A stretch of 64,000 nt of DNA. Source: Pseudomonadota bacterium. Lineage in GTDB: Bacteria; Actinomycetota; Thermoleophilia; Gaiellales; Gaiellaceae. Below, in pieces: positions 36,850 through 44,606 of this stretch. Under the pieces are notes generated by a model. That model saw only the letters and a program-made list of their open reading frames with translations, was not told where the DNA came from and did no database searches. Both the position numbers and the translations under genes were made by a program. Within the stretch, counting starts at the first letter, position 1. Each line of letters begins with the position of its first letter. Location of the stretch: positions 6,176 through 70,175 of the forward strand of contig JBLNEO010000116.1 in the NCBI GenBank assembly GCA_050262775.1. Direction: 5' to 3'.

Positions 36850-37674
36850 ATGCTGGTTCGCGTCGGCACGCGCGGTAGCCGGCTCGCGCTCACCCAGGCC
36901 GAGCAGGCGGTCGAGCCGCTCCGCCGGCCCGGGATCGAGATCGCGCTCGTGCCGATGACGACGGCCGGCGACCGCGACCGGACGAAGCCGTTCGGCGAGA
37001 TCGGCGACCGCGGCGTCTTCGTCAAGGAGATCGAGGAGGCGCTCCTGGCCGGCCGGATCGACGTCGCCGTCCATTCCGCCAAGGACATGACCTCGAGCGC
37101 GACCGACGGCCTCGCCGTCGGCGCCTACCCCGTGCGCGAGGATCCGCGCGACGCGCTCTGCGGCGCGGACGCGGTCCGCCCGGGGATGCGGATCGGCACG
37201 GCGTCGGTCCGCCGCCGCGCGCAGCTCCTCGCCTTCGAGCCCACGCTCTCGATCGAGCCGCTACGGGGCAACGTCGACACGCGCCTGCGCAAGCGGGGCG
37301 AGCGCGGGCTGGATGCGATCGTGCTCGCGGCGGCCGGGCTCGAGCGGCTCGGCCTCGCCCGCGAGATCGGGCACCGGTTCGACCCGGAGGAGCTCCTCCC
37401 GGAGGCGGGGCAGGGCGCGCTCGCGCTGCAGGTGCGCGCGGGCGACGAGCACCTCGTCGAGGCCGTGGACGACGCGGAGACGCGGCGCCGCGTCGAGGCG
37501 GAGCGCGCCTGCGTGGCGCGGATCGGCGGCGGGTGTCTCGCTCCCGTGGCGGCCCACCACGACGGCCTGGCGCTGACCGCGCTCGTCGCCGACGAGGACG
37601 GCCGCTGGATCGAGCGGCGCACCGGCGACGACCCGGATGCGGTCGCCGCCGAGCTCGCCCCGTTCCTCGCGTGA
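36850..37674 (+). CDS. hemC: Hydroxymethylbilane synthase (porphobilinogen deaminase)
   Basis: VGTRGSRLALTQA, HSAKD, RGNVDTRL, and GGGCLAPVA (cofactor Cys). Short C-terminal domain. Confidence 0.92.
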   Translation: MLVRVGTRGSRLALTQAEQAVEPLRRPGIEIALVPMTTAGDRDRTKPFGEIGDRGVFVKEIEEALLAGRIDVAVHSAKDMTSSATDGLAVGAYPVREDPRDALCGADAVRPGMRIGTASVRRRAQLLAFEPTLSIEPLRGNVDTRLRKRGERGLDAIVLAAAGLERLGLAREIGHRFDPEELLPEAGQGALALQVRAGDEHLVEAVDDAETRRRVEAERACVARIGGGCLAPVAAHHDGLALTALVADEDGRWIERRTGDDPDAVAAELAPFLA

Positions 37675-38306
37675 AGGTGGTCGTCACACGCCCGCGGAGG
37701 CGGGCCGACGAGCTCGTCGAGCGGCTCGAGGCACTCGGGCACGAGGTCGTGGTGTGCCCGCTGATCGAGACGCAGCCGCTCGGCGACGACCCGATCGACG
37801 TCGCCGGCTACGACTGGGTGGTGGTCACGAGCCGGACCGGCGCCGAGGAGCTGCGGCGGCGGATGCGCGGCTCGCCGGCGCGCGTGGCGGCGATCGGGAC
37901 CGCGACGGCGGACGCGCTCGGCGGCGCCGACCTCGTCCCCCGCGTGTCGACGCAGGAAGGCCTGCTCGCGGAGCTGCCGCGGCCGGCGGGGCGGGTGCTC
38001 TTCGCCGGAGCCGAGGAGGCGCGACCGCTGCTCGCCGAGGCGCTCGGCGCCGACGTCGTCCCGCTCTACCGCACGCGCCGCCTCACCCCCGAGGCGTTCC
38101 CGCGCGACGCCGAGGTCGTCCTGCTCGCCTCCGCGTCGGCCGCCGAGGCCTACGGGGCGCTCGCGCGCGCGGCGCCGGCGATCTCGATCGGCCCGCAGAC
38201 GACCGCCGCGGCGACCGCGGCAGGCGTCAGAATCGTCGCCGAGGCAACGACCCACGACGTCGCCGGCCTCGTCGACGCGCTCACCCGATGGTCATCACCT
38301 TCCTGA
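37671..38306 (+). CDS. hemD: Uroporphyrinogen-III synthase
   Basis: VVVTRP....L...L...G..V...PLI..... pattern and HemD length. GTGA overlap with hemC. Confidence 0.82.
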   Translation: MKVVVTRPRRRADELVERLEALGHEVVVCPLIETQPLGDDPIDVAGYDWVVVTSRTGAEELRRRMRGSPARVAAIGTATADALGGADLVPRVSTQEGLLAELPRPAGRVLFAGAEEARPLLAEALGADVVPLYRTRRLTPEAFPRDAEVVLLASASAAEAYGALARAAPAISIGPQTTAAATAAGVRIVAEATTHDVAGLVDALTRWSSPS

Positions 38307-39094
38307 CCGACTTCGGCCTCTCCGACGACTTCGTCGGGGTCTGCCACGGCGTGATGAAGCGCATCGCGCCCGACGCGCACGTGATCGACATCACCCACGG
38401 GATCCCGCCGCAGGCCGTGCTCCAGGGCGCGCTCGTGCTCGCGAACACCGTCCCCTACATGCCCGAGGGCGTGCACCTCGCCGTCGTCGACCCCGGCGTC
38501 GGCGGCTCGCGGCGGCCGCTCGCGCTGCGCGACGCGGCCGGCCGGCTCTACGTCGGGCCCGACAACGGGCTGCTGATCCCCGCCGCGCTCCGGAACGGCG
38601 GCGTCGCGGAGGCGCGCGAGCTCGCGAACCCGGACTACGCGCTCCCCTCCGTCTCGCGGACGTTCCACGGCCGTGACCTCTTCTCGCCCGCGGCCGCGCA
38701 CCTCGCGAACGGCGTCGAGCTCGCGAAGCTCGGGCCGCCGCTCGACCCGGACGCGCTCGTCCGCCTCGACCTCCCCGAGCCGACCGTCGGCGAGGCGCGC
38801 ATGCGCGCGACGGTGCTCTACATCGACACGTTCGGGAACGTCCAGCTCAACCTCACGCGCGAGCACCTCGAGCGGATCGGCGTCCTCCCCGGGACGACCG
38901 TCGAGCTCGCGAGCGGCCCCGACCGCTTCTACGCCGTGGCCGCGCGGACGTTCGCGGACGCGCGCCCGGGCGACCTGCTCCTGTACGAGGACAGCTACCG
39001 CAACATCGCGCTCGCGATCAACCGCGGGAGCGCCGCCGCGATCCTCAACGCCGCGCCCGGCCGCGAGCTCCTGATCAGGGTCGACCGCGACTGA
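38288..39094 (+). CDS. SAM hydrolase / SAM hydroxide adenosyltransferase family protein (DUF62)
   Basis: ITFLTDFG..D.FVG.CHGV, VVDPGVG, GPDNGLL, TFHGRD.F.P.AA. Overlaps the hemD end by 19 nt. Confidence 0.85.
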   Translation: MVITFLTDFGLSDDFVGVCHGVMKRIAPDAHVIDITHGIPPQAVLQGALVLANTVPYMPEGVHLAVVDPGVGGSRRPLALRDAAGRLYVGPDNGLLIPAALRNGGVAEARELANPDYALPSVSRTFHGRDLFSPAAAHLANGVELAKLGPPLDPDALVRLDLPEPTVGEARMRATVLYIDTFGNVQLNLTREHLERIGVLPGTTVELASGPDRFYAVAARTFADARPGDLLLYEDSYRNIALAINRGSAAAILNAAPGRELLIRVDRD

Positions 39095-39167
39095 GCACGA
39101 AACGAGGGACGTCCGTGCCGGTCGACCGCGCGCGAACGTCCCTGTGCGTCCGGATCCTATGCGCGAC

Positions 39168-39198
39168 GGCCCCGGGCGACAACCCGCCGCCCGGGGCC
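39168..39198. terminator. Perfect 11-bp GC hairpin (GGCCCCGGGCG-9 nt-CGCCCGGGGCC) in the only roomy convergent gap; candidate bidirectional terminator
   Basis: Read directly from the sequence, between the DUF62 gene (plus) and the permease (minus). A second hairpin, AGGGACGT...ACGTCCCT, lies at about 39104-39142. Confidence 0.5.
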
Positions 39199-39205
39199 GG
39201 GTGCC

Positions 39206-40696
39206 CTAGATCCAGCTGAGGTTGTCCTGCATGAGCGGCACGAGGAAGTACAGGGCGAACGCGCCCGCCGCGAGCCACATGAACGGGTTCACCTCGCGCG
39301 CCTTCCCCTGCGCGGCGCGCACGACGACGTACGCGATGAACCCGAAGCCGATGCCGTTCGTGATCGAGTACGTGAACGGCATCAGCATGATGATCAGCGC
39401 CGCCGGCAACCCGATCTCGAGCCGCGAGAAGTCGATCCCCGCGAGGCGGCGCTGCGCGGCCTCGGCCGCGGTCGCGGGTTGGTGCGTCACCTCGGCCGCC
39501 TCGCCCTCCTCCTCGGTGAGCACCGAGACCATGAGGAAGCCGACGATCACGAGCGCGGCGGCCGTCGCCTGCGGCGGCACCATGCCGATGATCGGCGCGA
39601 AGAACATGAACGGGAGGAAGAGGAAGCCGCACACGACGGCGACCCATCCGGTGCGCCCGCCCGCGCTGACGCCGGCGCCCGACTCGATGTAGGTCGTCGC
39701 CGACGAGGTCGACGACGCGCCGCCGGCGATCGCCGCGAGCGAGTCGACGAGCAGGGGCTTCTTCACCTCGGGCATCTCGCCCTGCGCGTTCACGTACCCG
39801 GCCTGGCGGCCGACCCCGACGAGCGTCCCCATCGTGTCGAAGAAGTCCGCCATGAAGAGGGTGAACACCCAGACGATCGCCGAGACGACGGCGAGCTCCG
39901 TGAACGCGTCGAAGTTGAAGTTCCCGAGGAGGGTCAGGTCGGGGTTCTCGTACACGTCGCCCGGCCAGGACGCTCCGGCGGTGAACCCGGCGTCGTTGCC
40001 CGAGGCCTCGTTGATCACGACGGCCGCGATCGTCGCGAGGATGATCCCGGCGACGAGGTCGCCCCGGAACCCGCGCGCACGGAGGACGATCGTCACGACG
40101 AGCCCGAAGATCGCGACCGCGATCGGCCACGTGGTGAGATGCCCGAGGGTCACGGGCGTCCCCTCGCCGCGGACGACGATGCCGGCCTGGTTGAGCCCGA
40201 TGAACGCGATGAAGAGGCCGATGCCGATGGCGATCGCCTTCTTCAGCTCGAGCGGGATCGCGTTGAAGATCTTCTCGCGCCAGCCGGTGAGGACGAGCGC
40301 GGTGACGGCGATGCCCTCGAGCACGATCAGCCCCATCGCGGCCGGGAACGACAGCCCCTCGCCGACGACGAGCCCGAACGCGACGACGGCGTTCAGGCCG
40401 AGGCCGGGCGCGATCGCATACGCCATGTTGGTGTAGAGGCCCATCAGCATCGTCATCACGCCCGCGACGAGGCACGTGACGGCGAGCACCTGGTCGAACG
40501 GCAGGCCCCGGCTCGCGAGATCGGGGATCCCCGCGAAGCTGAGGATCTGCGGGTTCACGAAGATGATGTACGACATCACGATGAACGTCGTGAGGCCGGC
40601 CATCGTGTCGCGCCCGAGCGTGGTGCCGTGCTCGGCGAAGCGGAAGTAGCGCTCGAGGAACGTCCCGCGCCTCAGCGTCCCGGCCATCTCGGCCAT
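39206..40696 (-). CDS. NCS2/AzgA-family purine (adenine/guanine/hypoxanthine) permease
   Basis: FRFAEHGTT...E..AG.TTF..M.YI..VNP N-terminus and about 13 TM helices. Confidence 0.88.
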   Translation of the reverse strand: MAEMAGTLRRGTFLERYFRFAEHGTTLGRDTMAGLTTFIVMSYIIFVNPQILSFAGIPDLASRGLPFDQVLAVTCLVAGVMTMLMGLYTNMAYAIAPGLGLNAVVAFGLVVGEGLSFPAAMGLIVLEGIAVTALVLTGWREKIFNAIPLELKKAIAIGIGLFIAFIGLNQAGIVVRGEGTPVTLGHLTTWPIAVAIFGLVVTIVLRARGFRGDLVAGIILATIAAVVINEASGNDAGFTAGASWPGDVYENPDLTLLGNFNFDAFTELAVVSAIVWVFTLFMADFFDTMGTLVGVGRQAGYVNAQGEMPEVKKPLLVDSLAAIAGGASSTSSATTYIESGAGVSAGGRTGWVAVVCGFLFLPFMFFAPIIGMVPPQATAAALVIVGFLMVSVLTEEEGEAAEVTHQPATAAEAAQRRLAGIDFSRLEIGLPAALIIMLMPFTYSITNGIGFGFIAYVVVRAAQGKAREVNPFMWLAAGAFALYFLVPLMQDNLSWI

Positions 40697-40811
40697 CTGC
40701 TCCCTCCCGGTCGAACGTCGGAAACGGAGGCCCGAACGTAAGGCGCGCGCCGGTCGGAGCGGCAGGCGTCGCGGGTGCGAACGCTGCGCTCGTTGCGACG
40801 ACGAGAGGAGG

Positions 40812-40884
40812 TGGCGAGGGCCGGACTCGAACCGGCGACACCCCGGTTTTCAGCCGAGTGCTCTACCAGCTGAGCTACCTCGCC
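40812..40884 (-). tRNA. tRNA-Phe (anticodon GAA)
   Basis: Hand-folded 73-nt cloverleaf. Acceptor GGCGAGG/CCUCGCC, D-arm GCUC-AGCUGGUA-GAGC, anticodon arm CUCGG-CUGAAAA-CCGGG, T-arm GCCGG-UUCGAGU-CCGGC, discriminator A. CCA is not encoded. Confidence 0.92.
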
Positions 40885-40895
40885 ACGGGAGAGGG

Positions 40896-40901
40896 AGTGT
40901 A
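40896..40901 (-). promoter_or_regulatory. Candidate -10 (TACACT) for tRNA-Phe
   Basis: Lies 11 nt upstream of the mature 5' end. The spacer ccctCTCCCGt shares CTCCCG with the tRNA-Ile promoter. Confidence 0.45.
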
Positions 40902-40932
40902 GCCGCGGCCGCCCGTGCCGGAGCCGATCGTC

Positions 40933-40938
40933 TAGCCT
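40933..40938 (+). promoter_or_regulatory. Candidate -10 (TAGCCT) for a leaderless arginase transcript
   Basis: TANNNT lies 7 nt before GTG 40946. Confidence 0.4.
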
Positions 40939-40945
40939 CTCGGCC

Positions 40946-41851
40946 GTGTCCGGGCAGCGCGGTTCCGTTGCGGTCATCGGCGCTGCGCTCGACCTGGGGC
41001 AGGCGCGCCGTGGCGTCGACATGGGGCCGTCGGCGATCCGGTACGCCGGCCTCGAGGAGCGGCTGCGCGAGCTCGGCTACGAGGTGCTCGACCACGGCAA
41101 CGTGCCGGCGCCGGTCGTCGAGTCGGTCGAGCTCCGCGACCGCGAGGCGCGCTACCTCCCCGAGGTGAAGGCGACGTGCGAGCGGATCGCGCTCCTCGTC
41201 GACGACGCCGTGCGCGGCGGGTCGATCCCGCTCGTCCTCGGCGGCGACCATTCGGTCGGCCTCGGGACGCTCGGGGGGATGTGGCGCGTGCACGGGCCGG
41301 GCGGGGTGCTCTGGATCGACGCGCACGGCGACCTCAACACGCCGCAGACCTCCCCGAGCGGGAACGTGCACGGGATGGTGCTCGCGGCGGCCCTCGGCCT
41401 CGGCGACGGCGCGTTCGCGACGGGCACGTGGGCGCTGCCGCTCGTCGATCCCGGCCGGGTCGCGCTCGTCGGCGTCCGCTCGCTCGACGACGGGGAGCGT
41501 GCGCGGCTGCGCGAGCTCGACGCGCGGGTCTTCACGATGAGCGAGATCGACCGCATGGGGCTCGAGCGCTGCATCCGCGAGGCGCTCGCGCACGTCGCCG
41601 GCCCCGGCTTCGTGCACGTGTCGCTCGACATGGACGTCGTCGACCCCGCCTACGCGCCCGGGGTCGGGACGCCCGTGCGCGGCGGGTTGTCCTACCGCGA
41701 GGCGCACCTCGCGATGGAGCTCGTGGCGGAGTCGGGGCTCGCGGGGTCGATCGAGGTCGTCGAGGTGAACCCGATCCTCGACCGCGGGAACGAGACGGCG
41801 TCCCTCGCCGTCGAGCTCGTGGCCTCGGCGCTCGGGGCGACGATCCTTTAG
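40946..41851 (+). CDS. rocF: Arginase (ureohydrolase family)
   Basis: GGDHS, IDAHGDLNTP..SPSGN.HGM, SLDMDVVDP and EVNP Mn-binding motifs. Confidence 0.88.
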   Translation: MSGQRGSVAVIGAALDLGQARRGVDMGPSAIRYAGLEERLRELGYEVLDHGNVPAPVVESVELRDREARYLPEVKATCERIALLVDDAVRGGSIPLVLGGDHSVGLGTLGGMWRVHGPGGVLWIDAHGDLNTPQTSPSGNVHGMVLAAALGLGDGAFATGTWALPLVDPGRVALVGVRSLDDGERARLRELDARVFTMSEIDRMGLERCIREALAHVAGPGFVHVSLDMDVVDPAYAPGVGTPVRGGLSYREAHLAMELVAESGLAGSIEVVEVNPILDRGNETASLAVELVASALGATIL

Positions 41852-42624
41852 CCGAGGAAGCGGTCGACGGCATCGCCGGTCTCCCGGAGCGCGTCCCACA
41901 TCACGATGTGTCCGCCGGGGACCGTCGCGACCTCGAGCTCGTCGATCCCCTCGCGCAGCACCTCGACCACGACGTCGGGGACGACGTCCGAGTCGGCGCC
42001 GTGGACGACGAGCGTCGGCACCTGCACCGTCTCGAACGGCGGCGGCGGCTTCGCCATCTCGCCGAACGCCGCGACGACGGATGCCTGGCAGTAGCGGTAG
42101 CGCCAGCGGCCGTCGTCGCCCTCCGCGAGGTGGACGTCGACCTCCTCCTGGACGAGTTCGTGCGGCGTCGACCGCAGGCGGCTCTCGCCGAAGCGGCGCT
42201 CGAGCGCCTCCGCGGGGGACGCGTACGAGCGGTCGCGGCGCTCGCTCTCCGCGCGCTCGAGCGCGACGTGCGGCGGCACCCACACCGCGGGATCGAGGAG
42301 CACCGCGCGCCGCACGAGCTCGGGGCGGTCGGCGACGAGCTCGAGCACGAGCCGGCCGCCGAAGCTGTGGCCGACCCAGTCGGCGCCGTCGACTCCGAGC
42401 GCCCGCGTCGTCTCGTGGAGGTCGTCGAGGTGCGTCTCGAGGTCCCACGGCGGCTCCCACGTCGAGGCGCCGTGGCCGCGGAGGTCGAGCGCGATCACGC
42501 GGTAGCGGCCGGAGAGGCGCGTCGCCAGCCGGCGGAACCGGTGCCCGCCGGCGTTGACGCCGTGGAGGCAGACGACCGCCGGCGCCTCGGGGTCGCCCCA
42601 TTCGACGTGGTGGAGGACGGCTAC
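41848..42624 (-). CDS. Alpha/beta hydrolase fold protein
   Basis: VVCLHG (oxyanion HG), GHSFGG nucleophile elbow, and C-terminal GGH. The conserved N-terminus (AVLHHVEWGD) has no ATG/GTG/TTG upstream for more than 350 nt. The putative start is GTA 42624, overlapping the rarA TAG; the next canonical start (GTG, RVIALD) would delete the HG motif. Confidence 0.75.
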   Translation of the reverse strand, partial: VAVLHHVEWGDPEAPAVVCLHGVNAGGHRFRRLATRLSGRYRVIALDLRGHGASTWEPPWDLETHLDDLHETTRALGVDGADWVGHSFGGRLVLELVADRPELVRRAVLLDPAVWVPPHVALERAESERRDRSYASPAEALERRFGESRLRSTPHELVQEEVDVHLAEGDDGRWRYRYCQASVVAAFGEMAKPPPPFETVQVPTLVVHGADSDVVPDVVVEVLREGIDELEVATVPGGHIVMWDALRETGDAVDRFLG

Positions 42625-43877
42625 GGCCCGCGCTCCTCGCCGGTTCCCGACGGCCGGTAGTACGTCCGCCCGCGCAGCTCCTCGGGCAGGTGCTCGGTCT
42701 CGAACCCGCGCGGGTCGTCGTGCGGGTAGACGTAGCCCTTCCCGTGGCCGAGCTTGCGGCCGCCGTAGCTGCCGTCGCGGAGGGCCTTGGGCGGCTTGAC
42801 GTTGCCGAGCTCGCGCACGTCGCGCGTCGCCTCGTTGAGGGCCACGTAGCTCGCGTTCGACTTCGGCGCGAGCGCGAGGTAGATCGCCGCCTGCGACAGG
42901 TTCAGCCTCGCCTCGGGCAGGCCGACGTGCTCGACCGCCTGCGCCGCCGCGACGGCGACGAGCAGCGCGCGCGGGTCGGCGTTCCCGATGTCCTCCGAGG
43001 CGAGGACGACCATCCGCCGTGCGATGAAGCGGGCGTCCTCGCCGCCCTCGAGCATCGCCGCGAGGTAGTAGACGGCGGCGTCGGGGTCGGACCCGCGCAT
43101 CGACTTGATGAACGCCGACGTGAAGTCGTAGTGCGCGTCGCCGCCCTTGTCGTAGACCACCGGCCGCTTGCGGGCGGCGTCCTCCACGTGCCCCGCCGAG
43201 AGCGGCGCGTCCTCCGCCCGCGCCGTCTCCCATGCGAGCTCGAGCACGTTCAGCGCCGTCCGCGCGTCGCCGCCGGCACGCCGGATGATCAGCTCGACCA
43301 GCTCCCCGGGCACGTCCGCGCCGAGCTCGTCCGCGCCCCGGCGCACGATCTCCGCGAGCGCCTCCGGCCCGAGCGGCTCGAGCTGGTAGATCTGCGTCCG
43401 CGAGAGGAGCGCCGAGTTGACCTCGTAGTACGGGTTCTCCGTCGTGGCGCCGACGAGGGTGATCAGTCCGTCCTCGACCGCCGGCAGGAGCGCGTCCTGC
43501 TGCGCCTTGTTGAACCGGTGGATCTCGTCGAGGAAGAGGATCGTGCGCTGTCCGTGCGCACCGAGGCGCTCGCGGGCGCGCGCGAGGACGCCGCGGACGT
43601 CGGCGACGGACGCCGAGACCGCCGACAGCTCCTCGAAGGCGGCGCCCGTGGTCGTGGCGACGATCCGGGCGAGCGTCGTCTTGCCCGTGCCCGGCGGGCC
43701 GAAGAAGATCGCCGACCGCACGCGGTCCTCCTCGATCGAGCGCCGCAGGGCCGACCCGGGCCCGACGACCCCCTCCTGGCCGACGAACTCGTCGAGCGTC
43801 CGGGGGCGGAGCCGCGCCGCGAGCGGGGCGACCTCGCGCGTCCGCTCCTGCGCCGCGTCGGAGAAGAGGTCTCCCAT
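42621..43877 (-). CDS. rarA: Replication-associated recombination protein RarA/MgsA (AAA+)
   Basis: RPRTLDEFVGQ, GPPGTGKTT, LFLDEIHRFNK, and the MgsA C-terminal domain (HYD..SA..KS.RGSD.DAA.Y). ATG 43877. Confidence 0.92.
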   Translation of the reverse strand: MGDLFSDAAQERTREVAPLAARLRPRTLDEFVGQEGVVGPGSALRRSIEEDRVRSAIFFGPPGTGKTTLARIVATTTGAAFEELSAVSASVADVRGVLARARERLGAHGQRTILFLDEIHRFNKAQQDALLPAVEDGLITLVGATTENPYYEVNSALLSRTQIYQLEPLGPEALAEIVRRGADELGADVPGELVELIIRRAGGDARTALNVLELAWETARAEDAPLSAGHVEDAARKRPVVYDKGGDAHYDFTSAFIKSMRGSDPDAAVYYLAAMLEGGEDARFIARRMVVLASEDIGNADPRALLVAVAAAQAVEHVGLPEARLNLSQAAIYLALAPKSNASYVALNEATRDVRELGNVKPPKALRDGSYGGRKLGHGKGYVYPHDDPRGFETEHLPEELRGRTYYRPSGTGEERGP

Positions 43878-43884
43878 CCGCCGA

Positions 43885-43892
43885 AGTATGCT
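43885..43892. promoter_or_regulatory. Overlapping divergent -10 elements: TATGCT for kynA and CATACT for rarA
   Basis: TATGCT (43887-43892) lies 6 nt before GTG 43899. On the opposite strand, CATACT lies 7 nt before ATG 43877. The start codons are only 21 bp apart. Confidence 0.4.
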
Positions 43893-43898
43893 CCCCCC

Positions 43899-44606
43899 GT
43901 GGCGGTCGAGGACTTCTCGCAGCCGATCCTCGCGGGCGAGGGTGGGAGCGACTACGAGCGCTACCTCCGGACGGACGAGCTGCTGCGGCTGCAGAAGCGG
44001 CCGGAGGAGCGGGCCCACCACGACGAGCTGCTCTTCCAGACCGTGCACCAGAGCTCGGAGCTCTGGCTGAAGCTCGCCTCCGAGGAGACGGAGGCGGCGG
44101 CCGGTCACCTCGGGCGGCGGGAGGTCGCGCCGGCGCTGCGCCTGCTCGCCCGCGTGCACCTCTGCCTGCGCTTCGTGACGGAGCAGCTCGACATGCTCGA
44201 GCGCATGTCGCCGTGGGAGTACCAGGAGATCCGTCGCGTGCTCGGTCACGGCTCGGGCTTCGACTCGCCCGGCTTCCGCGAGCTCCGGCGCTGGGCGCCC
44301 GCGCTCGTGCAGGAGCTCCACGCGATCCTCCGCGAGCGCGGCCTCGACCTGCGCGGCCTCTACGTCGAGGGGCGTGAGCACGAGGAGCTCTACGGCCTCG
44401 CAGAGGCGCTGATCGAGCTCGACGAGCGTGCCCAGGCGTGGCGGATCCGCCACTACCAGGTGGTCGCCCGCGTCATCGGCGACCAGGTGGTGGGGACGCA
44501 GGGGACGCCCGTCGAGGTGCTCGGCCGGCTCGTCAAGCAGCGGTTCTTCCCCGAGCTGTGGGAGGTCCGGAACGCGCTGACGGCCTACGCGAAGGAGTCG
44601 GAGTAG
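43899..44606 (+). CDS. kynA: Tryptophan 2,3-dioxygenase
   Basis: YERYL....LL.LQ, HDELLF...HQ.SELW, W.YQEIR, GSGF.S..FR and R..H motifs typical of bacterial TDO. Confidence 0.88.
   Translation: MAVEDFSQPILAGEGGSDYERYLRTDELLRLQKRPEERAHHDELLFQTVHQSSELWLKLASEETEAAAGHLGRREVAPALRLLARVHLCLRFVTEQLDMLERMSPWEYQEIRRVLGHGSGFDSPGFRELRRWAPALVQELHAILRERGLDLRGLYVEGREHEELYGLAEALIELDERAQAWRIRHYQVVARVIGDQVVGTQGTPVEVLGRLVKQRFFPELWEVRNALTAYAKESE

Noticed and set aside
40697-40811. Possible purine riboswitch in the 115-nt region upstream of the AzgA-type purine permease.
   Set aside because: I could not find the conserved purine-riboswitch junction or loop sequences (U-rich core, loop-loop motifs). The region shows only a generic GC hairpin after tRNA-Phe and an SD (GGGAGGGAG). 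A covariance-model scan (Rfam) would settle this.
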